Made by a program: the position numbers and the translations under genes
Notes under the pieces: generated by a model
Seen by the model: the letters and a program-made list of their open reading frames with translations, nothing else
The model's database searches: none
What the model was told of the DNA's origin: nothing
In this document: one piece after another, positions 1 through 8,349 of the stretch
Position numbering within the stretch: position 1 is the stretch's first letter
Layout: every line of letters starts with the position of its first letter
Virus record (IMG/VR): IMGVR_UViG_3300046836_000099
Coordinates: 1 to 56,703 of that record
Strand: one strand, 5' to 3'
Length of the DNA stretch: 56,703 bases
Origin: a virus
Taxonomy: Duplodnaviria; Caudoviricetes

Positions 1-225
1 AACGGTACGTTCTCTAACTACACCGTTCGATTCAGTCGGTGTACCATCAGGACGGCAGACAATGACTTCAACCATAGTAGTTGCACGTTCTCTACCATAG
101 CCTGTATTGTCCTTGAATGTACGCAAGACTTTAACCCGCGTAGCATTGTAGTAATACGACACGCCTCTACTGATATTCGTAGTAAGAGCGTAGTCGTTAC
201 CACTCCATAGGTCTTGTGCATTCAT
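1..225 (-). CDS. Hypothetical protein, 3'-truncated at window edge (MNAQDLWSGNDYALTT...)
   Basis: ATG at 225 overlaps the stop of the upstream gene (ATGA); frame open to position 1; GGGGAAAAGG upstream. Confidence 0.7.
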   Translation of the reverse strand, partial: MNAQDLWSGNDYALTTNISRGVSYYYNATRVKVLRTFKDNTGYGRERATTMVEVIVCRPDGTPTESNGVVRERTV

Positions 226-488
226 CCTTTTCCCCTTGATTCAAAGATCAATCTAAACAAATCACTTGCCACGCAAGCCATACCTATCTCTTCATTAATC
301 TGTTCAAGAAAGGCGTTCAACGCAGGCATAAGTGATTTCAAATCTGAATCAACTACTAGCTTCTCAAAATCTTCGTGACACAAGAGATTAAGAAACTCAT
401 TCAACTTTGTCGCATTTCTACAAGCTGACCTAAGCTCTCTTTCCAGCTTGTCTGCAACCATCTGCTCTGTTGTACCAAGATCAGGCAT
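222..488 (-). CDS. Hypothetical protein
   Basis: 88-aa ORF, coupled to neighbours by start/stop overlaps. Confidence 0.75.
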   Translation of the reverse strand: MPDLGTTEQMVADKLERELRSACRNATKLNEFLNLLCHEDFEKLVVDSDLKSLMPALNAFLEQINEEIGMACVASDLFRLIFESRGKG

Positions 489-757
489 TAGCTGAACTTC
501 TGTACGTCAACGTCAAACTCAGGCATCCTGTGATTGAACGTAACAAGTGCAGAAGTGTCGTCGGTCAATGCAGTAATGATATACTGCTTTCCATCCCTCG
601 GCTGAAACCTATCCCGGAAACACTTTGCAACAATTGTTTCCCAAGGGTCGCTCCATTCACCACTAACAATCTGAGGAAAATACTCGTTAGCCTTCCTGTA
701 ATTTCCTCTGCCGTCTTTATCAATAACAGCATCAAGACTTGTTACCAAAAACCTCAT
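488..757 (-). CDS. Hypothetical protein
   Basis: 89-aa ORF; AAAGGAG RBS; TAATG overlap with next gene. Confidence 0.75.
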   Translation of the reverse strand: MRFLVTSLDAVIDKDGRGNYRKANEYFPQIVSGEWSDPWETIVAKCFRDRFQPRDGKQYIITALTDDTSALVTFNHRMPEFDVDVQKFS

Positions 758-929
758 TTAATCTTCTCTCCTTTCCATCCATATCTAATAGCTTTATTAG
801 GTGAGTGCCGTCAGTATAGGACATAGTTACTTGTACCGATAACGGCATGGCTATTAGTTGCATTTCACTTACTTCCCCTTGAGCTGCTAGCCGATTTATC
901 GCCGCTAGCTGCCTGGGCCAGATTATCAC
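732..929 (-). CDS. Hypothetical protein
   Basis: 65-aa ORF with AGGAGG RBS, just downstream of the promoter at 976-1004. Confidence 0.7.
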   Translation of the reverse strand: MIIWPRQLAAINRLAAQGEVSEMQLIAMPLSVQVTMSYTDGTHLIKLLDMDGKERRLNEVFGNKS

Positions 930-975
930 ATTTGACCCTCCTAGCTCATTTAGGCTCAGTCCGAGCCGCCCCCTC

Positions 976-1004
976 AGTGTAGCACAAATTGGCTGCTATG
1001 TCAA
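976..1004 (-). promoter_or_regulatory. Sigma70/HrdB-type promoter
   Basis: TTGACA-17 nt-TACACT with extended TG on the minus strand. Confidence 0.8.
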
Positions 1005-1028
1005 GTCGAGTTGACCGGCCTAGAGCGG

Positions 1029-1208
1029 TTAAGTGCTTAAAGTGAGTATGGCGTCGTCGTCCTTCTTAAGTACACAACCCTTAATGTCAGGGTAGACGTG
1101 CGCTCCGCAGTTAGGACAATAACTAGGAAACCTAGGATTGACCCAACAAAGTAGATGAGCACAGCATGGCATTGAGAACAGCCTAAATACAATGCGTTCA
1201 GTCTCCAT
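1029..1208 (-). CDS. Small Cys-rich (zinc-ribbon-like) protein, 59 aa
   Basis: Translated by hand: METERIVFRLFSMPCCAHLLCWVNPRFPSYCPNCG...; below the ORF-track cutoff. Confidence 0.65.
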   Translation of the reverse strand: METERIVFRLFSMPCCAHLLCWVNPRFPSYCPNCGAHVYPDIKGCVLKKDDDAILTLST

Positions 1209-1335
1209 CTTTAGTCACTGTGTACCGTTCTACCCTTTGAACAGTAGTAGGGAAATGGCGTTCAATCTCAACTAGAACGTCCTCTCCCTCTTCATCAGTA
1301 AGATCGTCTGCAAGAATGACTTTCAAGTATTGCAT
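1198..1335 (-). CDS. Hypothetical protein, 45 aa
   Basis: MQYLKVILADDLTDEEG...; AGGAGG RBS; TAATG overlap. Confidence 0.6.
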   Translation of the reverse strand: MQYLKVILADDLTDEEGEDVLVEIERHFPTTVQRVERYTVTKDGD

Positions 1336-1529
1336 TAATCCTCCTGCCTAAGATACGACCAGTTGCCTACAGTGTTACCGTTCACGTCACGGATCATTCC
1401 ACTATCTTCACCCGCATCTAGTTCAACTACAATCTCTTCTAGGATTTCTTGGACAGAATTCTTACCTGTCATTGCATCGTTACGAGATTTGATATCTACC
1501 TTAAACTCCATTAGATACCTTTTCGTCAA
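1335..1529 (-). CDS. Hypothetical protein
   Basis: ORF in co-oriented early cluster; IRDVNGNTVG motif typical of small phage proteins; start uncertain. Confidence 0.7.
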   Translation of the reverse strand: MTKRYLMEFKVDIKSRNDAMTGKNSVQEILEEIVVELDAGEDSGMIRDVNGNTVGNWSYLRQED

Positions 1530-1728
1530 ATCTCACCATCATCTTGAGTACACGTTTAAATGTCTCTTTAGACATAACCGTATCAGCACCCCCACTACTA
1601 AGAAAGATACCGGGGTTACCATCGAGATTGCTTCTATCACCTAGCATGGTGAAACAGACTAGACCGTTGTACGTATCATTGATACTGAACTCAAGATTCT
1701 CGTCTTTCACAACTAAAGTCTCACGCAT
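1501..1728 (-). CDS. Hypothetical protein
   Basis: 75-aa ORF, AGGAG RBS. Confidence 0.65.
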   Translation of the reverse strand: MRETLVVKDENLEFSINDTYNGLVCFTMLGDRSNLDGNPGIFLSSGGADTVMSKETFKRVLKMMVRFDEKVSNGV

Positions 1729-1972
1729 CCCACAACTCTCCTAGTGGGTATAGATTCGGGTTAGGTGAGCATTGTTCCAAGAACTGTACTGGATCAAACT
1801 CTGGATTATCTACCTTAAATCTTACACAGAACTTAAGTGCTAGTGCTTCCAAAGTGCGACACGATACAAGCGATTCATGCTTGTCACCAGCAATAGCAAC
1901 CATCGCATATAGATTACGAATGTCTTTAGCGATAGCATTGTAGTGCGCTCTATGAAAGAGATTAGAAGCCAT
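1721..1972 (-). CDS. Hypothetical protein
   Basis: 83-aa ORF with DNPEFDPVQFL motif (DNPxFDxxxF recurs in small phage proteins). Confidence 0.75.
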   Translation of the reverse strand: MASNLFHRAHYNAIAKDIRNLYAMVAIAGDKHESLVSCRTLEALALKFCVRFKVDNPEFDPVQFLEQCSPNPNLYPLGELWDA

Positions 1973-2180
1973 GACGGATAATACTCAGAGCTTCGATCAT
2001 GCCTCTAATGAACGTATCGCATTCTCTAAGCGTACCGCTCTTAAGATCACGACCCGAGCCATCGAACTTAAGCATGACTTTGTAGTAACCGCAGTAGTTC
2101 TGCAATAGCATCGGAGTTTCAAGTTCCTTCTCTACGATATCTAGAGCAGCGTTTACGTCTGCAATTCTAAGACGTTCCAT
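1962..2180 (-). CDS. Hypothetical protein
   Basis: 72-aa ORF, TGATG overlap. Confidence 0.7.
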   Translation of the reverse strand: MERLRIADVNAALDIVEKELETPMLLQNYCGYYKVMLKFDGSGRDLKSGTLRECDTFIRGMIEALSIIRHGF

Positions 2181-2398
2181 CAGTCTACCCTTTCAACGTC
2201 CAAGCAGATGATGTTCTCATAATCGTCGTCATTGTCGTCAAGCTTCTCTGCTGGATACACACTAATGAACTTCATCTTGTTCCCGTTCTTATCGAACACT
2301 TCGATTTTGTTGAGCATACCACCGTGATTATCGATAGCTGCAATCAACCCAGGAACTGTGTTAATGTCAACCTCTGTCACGATATCTCCTGTGTCCAT
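2180..2398 (-). CDS. Hypothetical acidic protein
   Basis: 72-aa ORF in tightly packed cluster. Confidence 0.65.
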   Translation of the reverse strand: MDTGDIVTEVDINTVPGLIAAIDNHGGMLNKIEVFDKNGNKMKFISVYPAEKLDDNDDDYENIICLDVERVD

Positions 2399-2730
2399 CT
2401 ATCGTTTACATCTTTCACTTCGATGATGGTACAGCCTGCATCGCGCATAGCCCAACTAAACACGATCTGTTGCATGATACAAGCGTCGTCGTTGTAAAGC
2501 CAACCACCGAAATAAACCTCGCCGTCGTCGTCTTTGCACCTAAATCTAGTTGATCCCTCTTCAAACTCTATCTCGTCAAAGTTAAACCATGTTTGCAGTT
2601 TAACTCTATCCTCTGTCCAAGTGACACCAACAGAACTAATCCCAGGGTCACCCTTCTTGAACAGATAGTCCTTATCAATTTTAGCAAGGACTTGTACCCA
2701 CTTACCATCAACTAGAACTGTATCACTCAC
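2377..2730 (-). CDS. Hypothetical protein
   Basis: ORF-track 2377..2754; GTG at 2730 gives a shorter overlap; FRCKDDDGEVYFGG motif. Confidence 0.7.
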   Translation of the reverse strand: MSDTVLVDGKWVQVLAKIDKDYLFKKGDPGISSVGVTWTEDRVKLQTWFNFDEIEFEEGSTRFRCKDDDGEVYFGGWLYNDDACIMQQIVFSWAMRDAGCTIIEVKDVNDRWTQEIS

Positions 2731-2944
2731 GTTCGTATCCACAGAACCAATCATCCCCTTTCGTATCGGGGTTATTGCAGTAATCCCTAGCCTCAGCTAG
2801 AGTAAGACCTGTCTCAATTATCTCAGACGGGCCTTGCTTATTAAACCTCTTGATCTTGTAAGTGGGCTCTTCGTAATGATCTCCCTTACCTATATACCTG
2901 TCATTAACAGGAATTGGATTGTCTAGATAATTCGGACGTTCCAT
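2723..2944 (-). CDS. Hypothetical protein
   Basis: 73 aa; IETGLTLAEARDYCNNPDT...WFCGY motif seen in small phage proteins. Confidence 0.75.
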   Translation of the reverse strand: MERPNYLDNPIPVNDRYIGKGDHYEEPTYKIKRFNKQGPSEIIETGLTLAEARDYCNNPDTKGDDWFCGYERE

Positions 2945-3090
2945 TAGTCATCAAACCTTCTATCGTCGTAGAAATCGTCGTCCATCTCAGCTATTGCTCT
3001 AGCCTTGATATCCTCGTCACTTCCATAAAGCGAACCATCACAGTCACCAAGTTCGTGACCACAACAAGGAAAGTCCTCGCATCTAAACAT
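2944..3090 (-). CDS. Small Cys-rich acidic protein, 48 aa
   Basis: MFRCEDFPCCGHELGDCDG...; AGGAGG RBS; overlaps both neighbours by one base. Confidence 0.7.
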   Translation of the reverse strand: MFRCEDFPCCGHELGDCDGSLYGSDEDIKARAIAEMDDDFYDDRRFDD

Positions 3091-3275
3091 CAGAAACCTC
3101 CTTGATCTTGCCATTCTTTTCTAGCTTTTTCTTCTTCCAACTCTTCACGTTTTGCCCTAATTTCATCCTCAGACAAGAACGTAGAATACATGATCTTCAA
3201 GAAGTCTACTCTATTTCTATGAGTTTGAGTAAACCCCTTGTCCTCAGGATTATCAGGTACTTGACGCATCTTCAT
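3090..3275 (-). CDS. Hypothetical protein
   Basis: 3' part of ORF-track 3090..3413; likely start ATG at 3275 or 3269. Confidence 0.6.
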   Translation of the reverse strand: MKMRQVPDNPEDKGFTQTHRNRVDFLKIMYSTFLSEDEIRAKREELEEEKARKEWQDQGGF

Positions 3276-3570
3276 ACATTTCTTCTGGAGTGTGCGTGTC
3301 GAGGATTTCTTCACAATCCCCACAGGATAGGTATTGAATGCGGTCTGTGATTGAAGGTTCCCACCATTCCATGTAGTCGTAAACCGCGCCGACCATATTA
3401 CCTTCACTGTCAAGTGAATTGAACCAAGCAGGACAATTGGCTGCTATGTCACCAGTATCGCCAGAAACACGGTATCGACGATTAACTGAATCTTGCAACA
3501 ATTTCTTGGTTAGACAGTCATCACAGTAATGATCCGCGCTGTAAGTAAATGCTATGATTCTAGGTGGCAT
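3253..3570 (-). CDS. Hypothetical protein with two CxxC motifs
   Basis: 105 aa; CDDC and CGDC. Confidence 0.75.
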   Translation of the reverse strand: MPPRIIAFTYSADHYCDDCLTKKLLQDSVNRRYRVSGDTGDIAANCPAWFNSLDSEGNMVGAVYDYMEWWEPSITDRIQYLSCGDCEEILDTHTPEEMYEDASST

Positions 3571-4058
3571 TACGCTGTAACCGCCATCTTCTTAACCATA
3601 CCGAAACCATCCGGTCCTTGCCATACACCTTCACTAGTTTTACGGAATGCTTCTCTAAAGTTCTTGTGTGCATCCGTATTCTCTGGATAAAGTGCATGAA
3701 TCGCACCTTGCTCAGTAAGATGTATTGAAACCAACTGCGGTGCAGGAGCATGGAAATCTGGATAGCTCCTAAATGCAGCATACACACAAGCTTCCTCTAC
3801 CATAGGTGATTTAGGTACTTCACCGTGTTCAGTTCTCTTAGGTTCAAGAAGTGTATCCATCAGTTCTTGAACTTCTGGCGTTATTTCTTCATCGTCGTCA
3901 AGAACTCTAAGTCTAGCAGCCTGAACATCTAGACGATGCTGTAGCTCTTGAATCCGATTAGTTGCTTCAACCATCCAACGGTAGTAAACCGTCTGTGGGA
4001 TGATTCTTGCTTGTTCAGACTCTTGAACTCTATCGAGTAGTTCTGAGATAGGTTCCAT
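3570..4058 (-). CDS. Hypothetical protein (N-terminal coiled coil)
   Basis: 162 aa; AGGAGG RBS; TAATG overlaps. Confidence 0.75.
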   Translation of the reverse strand: MEPISELLDRVQESEQARIIPQTVYYRWMVEATNRIQELQHRLDVQAARLRVLDDDEEITPEVQELMDTLLEPKRTEHGEVPKSPMVEEACVYAAFRSYPDFHAPAPQLVSIHLTEQGAIHALYPENTDAHKNFREAFRKTSEGVWQGPDGFGMVKKMAVTA

Positions 4059-4255
4059 TAGTCTGCCTCCTGCACAGTGATATCGAAATCACCAGCAAGA
4101 TTGCTCCAATGAGCGAAGAGAATGTTGTTCTCATTCTTTGGAGGATCAACAACCGTAAATCCACTAAGCAATGCATTCGTAATTATCTTGATCGAGTCTG
4201 CATCGTCTAGCTGACTAACTTCATCCTTCTTGAACACACGAATTACGAGTGTCAT
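4058..4255 (-). CDS. Hypothetical protein
   Basis: 65 aa; TAATG overlaps. Confidence 0.7.
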   Translation of the reverse strand: MTLVIRVFKKDEVSQLDDADSIKIITNALLSGFTVVDPPKNENNILFAHWSNLAGDFDITVQEAD

Positions 4256-4773
4256 TACTTGTCATCCTTCCTTCTTGACAGAGGATGCTCAGCTTCCCTA
4301 TCTGGCCTACAAACACCAACCGAACCACCACCATCACTAGTGATGTGATAGTGAATCCTTCTGTCTTGAATTACTGCAAGTTGCTGCGCTGCACGATAGC
4401 CGCGCCAGAACGGGCCAAGTACATCTTGATTCTCTTCATACAAAACGTTGTCGTCGTCGTCAGTTAGTTTAACCCGAGTGAAGTGCAACTCACTTGCATT
4501 AAACTCACCATCAGTTAGATTATACAACCTAGCCGGGCTAGAGAGCCAAGGCCCCTTAGCTGTATAAAGTGATCCATCAACCGTGCGGTATCTAAACTCA
4601 GCCCCACCATAACCCCTACTTGTGTGAGAGTGAATATCAGTGTGAACCGAATCGGCTGCATTAGTTGAGTCAGTACGAATGAGATACGTTGTATCTCCAT
4701 CTTCAAGAATGACACGCCAGATACCCTGTACGTTTTCTCTAGGATCTTCTTTTGTTTCATGCATCGTTAACAT
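4255..4773 (-). CDS. Hypothetical protein
   Basis: About 170 aa; GAAAGGGG RBS directly after stem-loop; start may be ATG at 4764. Confidence 0.75.
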   Translation of the reverse strand: MLTMHETKEDPRENVQGIWRVILEDGDTTYLIRTDSTNAADSVHTDIHSHTSRGYGGAEFRYRTVDGSLYTAKGPWLSSPARLYNLTDGEFNASELHFTRVKLTDDDDNVLYEENQDVLGPFWRGYRAAQQLAVIQDRRIHYHITSDGGGSVGVCRPDREAEHPLSRRKDDK

Positions 4774-4784
4774 CCCCTTTCATT

Positions 4785-4957
4785 GATAGGGTTAGTAAGG
4801 CAACAGGTTGTGCAGCATCACCCAATTCATTTAGCTGCTGTTAGGAATAGGGCACAGGGTTTGCCTGTGTAATCCCTCCGTGGACTAACCATAACGCATT
4901 GGGTACGTCAGCCTAGCCAGCCTAACCGATTGTGCCTGTTGCCTTACTAGCCCTATC
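4785..4957. repeat. Conserved intergenic stem-loop 1 (23-bp arms, 127-nt interior)
   Basis: GATAGGGTTAGTAAGGCAACAGG / CCTGTTGCCTTACTAGCCCTATC, 1 mismatch. Confidence 0.9.
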
Positions 4958-4976
4958 TAACGGGCTAGCTGTATCT

Positions 4977-5462
4977 TTAGTCAGTTGCAAGATCGGTGAA
5001 TGCAATCCTATCGCAATCCCATTCAACAATCTCCCGAGTCGTAGCGGGAATCACCTTAGTCCCGACAACCCTTTTAGTGCAAACTGCCTTACGAGTGGAG
5101 TAGAAGTTCAACTCCAAATCATCACTGATTTTCACATAAATGTTGAAGTCGTCGTCAGTGTAATCCTTGCGAACAGCATACTTCTTAGAGCGTGCCCACT
5201 TAACAACCCGAGCAAACTCTTTACGAGTAGCCTCCTCATCGAAAACAGATTCGCTAGTCCGCGCCTCTTCATCTTCGACGATGCTGTAAACAGCGACGTT
5301 ATTGTAATCTCCACCCCTTACAGCGTTGTAAGGAACTTCGATACCATGTGACGCTGCATCCAACCATGCTGCTTGAACCGCAATAATCCGTTCAAGCTCG
5401 TTCTGACATTGTGTCTTAAAGATTTCCACTTTGTCAGACTGTACTGCTGTCAGTGTATCCAT
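4977..5462 (-). CDS. Hypothetical protein
   Basis: 161 aa; strong GAAAGGGGGTGA RBS. Confidence 0.8.
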   Translation of the reverse strand: MDTLTAVQSDKVEIFKTQCQNELERIIAVQAAWLDAASHGIEVPYNAVRGGDYNNVAVYSIVEDEEARTSESVFDEEATRKEFARVVKWARSKKYAVRKDYTDDDFNIYVKISDDLELNFYSTRKAVCTKRVVGTKVIPATTREIVEWDCDRIAFTDLATD

Positions 5463-5484
5463 TTGTTGCTCACCCCCTTTCAGT

Positions 5485-5572
5485 AAGTAGGGTTAATGAA
5501 GGGTAGATATCTTGCATTCACCTTAGCCGCAATCAGGCTACTAAGATAAGCTACCCTTCATTAACACTACTT
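5485..5572. repeat. Conserved intergenic stem-loop 2 (22-bp arms)
   Basis: AAGTAGGGTTAATGAAGGGTAG / CTACCCTTCATTAACACTACTT, 1 mismatch. Confidence 0.9.
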
Positions 5573-5615
5573 GTTTAAGTGCGTTGATAAGGCAGACGCA
5601 CCCCTGCCGTCGTCT

Positions 5616-5948
5616 TTAAACTCTAACGCTGTGCTTTACTTTGCGAGTGAGTAGTTCACTCATGAACTGAGTTGTGATGATCTTTGTAGCTAGATCAGTA
5701 CCTTGAGTCCAGCCGCCATTTACGTCACTGTTGTGAACTTCACCAAGTGCTACATAGAAGATCATTGCAGCATCGGGTGTAATCAATTCCGTCACTTGTG
5801 CTTCTGACTTCAAGTTCTGGAATGAAAAATGCTCTTCAAACGTGATATCGAGATTGTCGTTAAGTTCCTTGTACTTCACGTTACCCAGGAAACTCAACTT
5901 ACCTCTTACCTCGTTAATCATGCGATTAACTTTTTCTGCATCAACCAT
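5616..5948 (-). CDS. Hypothetical protein
   Basis: ATG at 5948 follows a GAAAGGGGGTGA RBS. Confidence 0.8.
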   Translation of the reverse strand: MVDAEKVNRMINEVRGKLSFLGNVKYKELNDNLDITFEEHFSFQNLKSEAQVTELITPDAAMIFYVALGEVHNSDVNGGWTQGTDLATKIITTQFMSELLTRKVKHSVRV

Positions 5949-5975
5949 TCTCTCACCCCCTTTCGCTGTAAACAC

Positions 5976-6003
5976 AGTTTAGCAGATAGCGAGAGTTTGT
6001 CAA
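5976..6003 (-). promoter_or_regulatory. Sigma70/HrdB-type promoter
   Basis: TTGACA-16 nt-TAAACT with extended TG. Confidence 0.7.
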
Positions 6004-6015
6004 CCCCACTTTCGT

Positions 6016-6096
6016 ATAGGGTTAGTGAATGGTAGTTTTATGAGTTAGCTCCCGCTCAAAATTGCGTGCCCCATATCTACCATTCACTAGCTCTAT
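6016..6096. repeat. Conserved intergenic stem-loop 3 (20-bp arms)
   Basis: ATAGGGTTAGTGAATGGTAG / CTACCATTCACTAGCTCTAT, 2 mismatches. Confidence 0.85.
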
Positions 6097-6108
6097 CGTA
6101 GCAGCTAG

Positions 6109-6270
6109 TTACTTGCTGAGTTTTGTTACTGACACGCTACAGAAATCACCGCGTTTTTCTAGTTCTGCAATCATAACCCGGTGGATATCATTTCTGTAGA
6201 CTTCGTGAATCTGAATCACTTTACCATTCAGATCACGTACTACCAATTTGTACAGATCAAGCAATGCCAT
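6109..6270 (-). CDS. Hypothetical protein, 53 aa
   Basis: MALLDLYKLVVRDLNGKVIQ...; GAGG RBS; translated by hand. Confidence 0.6.
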   Translation of the reverse strand: MALLDLYKLVVRDLNGKVIQIHEVYRNDIHRVMIAELEKRGDFCSVSVTKLSK

Positions 6271-6427
6271 CTTTAACCTCTACTTCTTCGATCATCACTT
6301 CGTTGAATTGACACTCAATTCCATCAGAGTCAAGTGCAAGGAAGTTACCATAGATATCTGACTCTTTGGTAACAACGCAACCCTTTTCAAACGGAGTGCT
6401 GAACTTGTCTCCAACCTTCATGTTCAT
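6257..6427 (-). CDS. Hypothetical protein
   Basis: ATG at 6427 after AAAGGAG RBS. Confidence 0.7.
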   Translation of the reverse strand: MNMKVGDKFSTPFEKGCVVTKESDIYGNFLALDSDGIECQFNEVMIEEVEVKDGIA

Positions 6428-6439
6428 GCTAACTCCTTT

Positions 6440-6549
6440 ATTAGAGTTAGTGGAGGGTAACAACTTCGTTGTACTCTCTACAACGCTCCAACGCTAATGC
6501 AATCAATCCGTAGCGAGGTTTGAAAGCGTTACCCTCCATTAACCCTAAT
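6440..6549. repeat. Conserved intergenic stem-loop 4 (22-bp arms)
   Basis: ATTAGAGTTAGTGGAGGGTAAC / GTTACCCTCCATTAACCCTAAT, 2 mismatches. Confidence 0.85.
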
Positions 6550-6616
6550 TTGCTAGTGGCCCCTACCATACTCACTAGCCGTTATAACCTCCGGATTCTC
6601 CATTCCCTCTATCTGA

Positions 6617-6739
6617 TTACTTATTGAATGAAGCAATCATCTTTTCCCGATTGCACGTATGGCAAACGAGAGTCTTAAACTCAGTCCAAGTAGGACGAAG
6701 TTCAGCAACCATGATGTGACCTTTGCTGCAAGTGAACAT
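6617..6739 (-). CDS. Small Cys/His protein, 40 aa
   Basis: MFTCSKGHIM...LVCHTCNRE...; GAAAGGA RBS. Confidence 0.6.
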   Translation of the reverse strand: MFTCSKGHIMVAELRPTWTEFKTLVCHTCNREKMIASFNK

Positions 6740-6752
6740 TTCATCCTTTCTT

Positions 6753-6905
6753 GTTAGAGTTAGTGAACGGTAGCAAGACTGTTAGCCGGGCCTTTAAGGT
6801 TATCGCGGCAGGGAACCACCCTTTTCATGCCTTAAGCGGCGCCGTCCAATCCCGGTTGAAACGTACTAACAGTTGGTTATCTCACTACCGTTCACTAACT
6901 CTAAC
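6753..6905. repeat. Conserved intergenic stem-loop 5 (21-bp perfect arms, nested inner stems)
   Basis: GTTAGAGTTAGTGAACGGTAG / CTACCGTTCACTAACTCTAAC. Confidence 0.9.
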
Positions 6906-6996
6906 TTGTAAGCCAACGAACGAACATCACTAGCCCAACGATAAAGCATACGATTAGTAGAATTCCCTGCATTATTTTACTTCCCCCTGTTGTTGC

Positions 6997-7209
6997 TTAA
7001 AGCTTGTACGCAACTACGGTGCCAGTACCGACCGCATTGTACCTACGACCTTTACCGGCCTTACCTTCAAAACGCCCCACAGAGTGAGCAGGCGGTTTTC
7101 CGTTATGCCAATCGTAACCGTCAAACCACTTAGACCCACTTGCGTTAACCCTTGTCTTATTCGCGCGGAGCAACTCAGAAACCCGCGCCATGCTAAGCGG
7201 TGTATCCAA
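6997..7209 (-). CDS. Small basic hypothetical protein
   Basis: TTG at 7209 after GAAAGGTGGTGA RBS. Confidence 0.7.
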   Translation of the reverse strand: MDTPLSMARVSELLRANKTRVNASGSKWFDGYDWHNGKPPAHSVGRFEGKAGKGRRYNAVGTGTVVAYKL

Positions 7210-7230
7210 TTTTTTATCACCACCTTTCAC

Positions 7231-7360
7231 TAAGTAGAGTTAGTGAAGCACAGAGGCTATCACAGACATTGGTTATCAGCATTCGGTTGGGGTTATTCTT
7301 ACAACCCGACCTAATAGCGTTATCCTGTGTTAGTAGTCTGTGCTTCACTAACCCTACTTA
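7231..7360. repeat. Conserved intergenic stem-loop 6 (24-bp arms)
   Basis: TAAGTAGAGTTAGTGAAGCACAGA / TCTGTGCTTCACTAACCCTACTTA, 1 mismatch; includes the stop codon of the upstream gene. Confidence 0.9.
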
Positions 7361-7588
7361 ACGAACGTCAGCCCATCCGTCGATATACACTTCCGAGATA
7401 TCGTCGGAGATAGGTGCAAGTTCTTTATCTGCCTTAGGACTGTTAAGCCGGTACTCATCGAAGTCCTTTAGAAGATAATTCCGGTAGGCATTGATTGCTG
7501 TGTTCAGACTTGTGAATGTTGCAATCACTTCCCAACCTTTGGAACCGTTCACTTCGATTGTAAACACGTTATCAAAATTCTCTGCCAT
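7358..7588 (-). CDS. Hypothetical protein
   Basis: 76 aa; AAAGGAGGTGA RBS. Confidence 0.75.
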   Translation of the reverse strand: MAENFDNVFTIEVNGSKGWEVIATFTSLNTAINAYRNYLLKDFDEYRLNSPKADKELAPISDDISEVYIDGWADVR

Positions 7589-7604
7589 TTATATTTTCAC
7601 CTCC

Positions 7605-7658
7605 TTTAGAGTTAAGGAAGGATAGACGCCGCAATGTCTATCCAACCTTAACACTAAA
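7605..7658. repeat. Conserved intergenic stem-loop 7 (short loop)
   Basis: TTTAGAGTTAAGGAAGGATAGAC / GTCTATCCAACCTTAACACTAAA, 3 mismatches. Confidence 0.8.
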
Positions 7659-7998
7659 CCTCAGTGTCGTCGTTTTCGTCCTGCTGTGCTGCCTGAGCAG
7701 CGGAGAACACGTCCATGTTGAGAAGGATAACCTTCCAACTAGACTTGTCCTTCGGATCAACGCGATCGAACAGAACAGTAAGCGCAGGCCAATCAGCTTC
7801 CTTGGCATGGGCCTCGATGTTGTTGTTGATCGAGTTACGAGTTGCCTGTGCATCCTTACCCTTGTAGTTCGGAAGCGCAGAGAACTCAATCGTCAGATCA
7901 CCGGAATCAACGAAGTTCTGAATGTCCGGCTTGTACGTACCGCGCTGCTTCGATGTTGCAAGCAACTCTTCGATCTGAGTAAGTGTGAGCGTATCCAT
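7654..7998 (-). CDS. Hypothetical protein, paralog of 54648..55046
   Basis: ATG at 7998 after GAAAGGGGGTGA RBS; shares RGxY, GKDA, NN and L(L/I)N motifs and an acidic tail with the paralog. Confidence 0.85.
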   Translation of the reverse strand: MDTLTLTQIEELLATSKQRGTYKPDIQNFVDSGDLTIEFSALPNYKGKDAQATRNSINNNIEAHAKEADWPALTVLFDRVDPKDKSSWKVILLNMDVFSAAQAAQQDENDDTEV

Positions 7999-8030
7999 TT
8001 GTGTTTCACCCCCTTTCGGTTTGTAGACGG

Positions 8031-8059
8031 AGTGTAGCACAAAGAAGCCTGCCTGTCAA
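8031..8059 (-). promoter_or_regulatory. Sigma70/HrdB-type promoter
   Basis: TTGACA-17 nt-TACACT with extended TG; shares TTTGTGCTACACT with the promoter at 976-1004. Confidence 0.85.
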
Positions 8060-8349
8060 GTCCAAATGACAGACTTCTCACTACTACAGAGTTATCGGTT
8101 TGAATGCAATCCATGTTGGTTGCGGGCACAAGTAAGTTAGGAAGGAATGAGTCTAGCCGACCTCGTTACAGTTCCCTTAGTATATAGGCTATATGATAGA
8201 TAGATTGATAGATAGAAATTCAGTCTATCATTCTACATATCATCCAGTATCTCTAGGGAGAACACTGTACGACACCCATGCTGCATACCATGACGTAGGT
8301 AAGCCAAATTTTTGCTTATTAGGCTATGCCTATTCATTTTCTATGCATC

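Noticed and set aside
18-221. ORF-track 67-aa protein
   Set aside because: An alternative frame starting at 225 has an RBS and ATGA coupling and is the better gene
4845-4870. c-di-GMP-I riboswitch-like CACAGGCAAACC on the minus strand
   Set aside because: Only a short resemblance; the remaining conserved aptamer elements are absent
4785-7658. Integron attC cassette array
   Set aside because: attC sites run RYYYAAC...GTTRRRY, whereas these stems have GTT on the 5' arm and AAC on the 3' arm; no integron integrase is present
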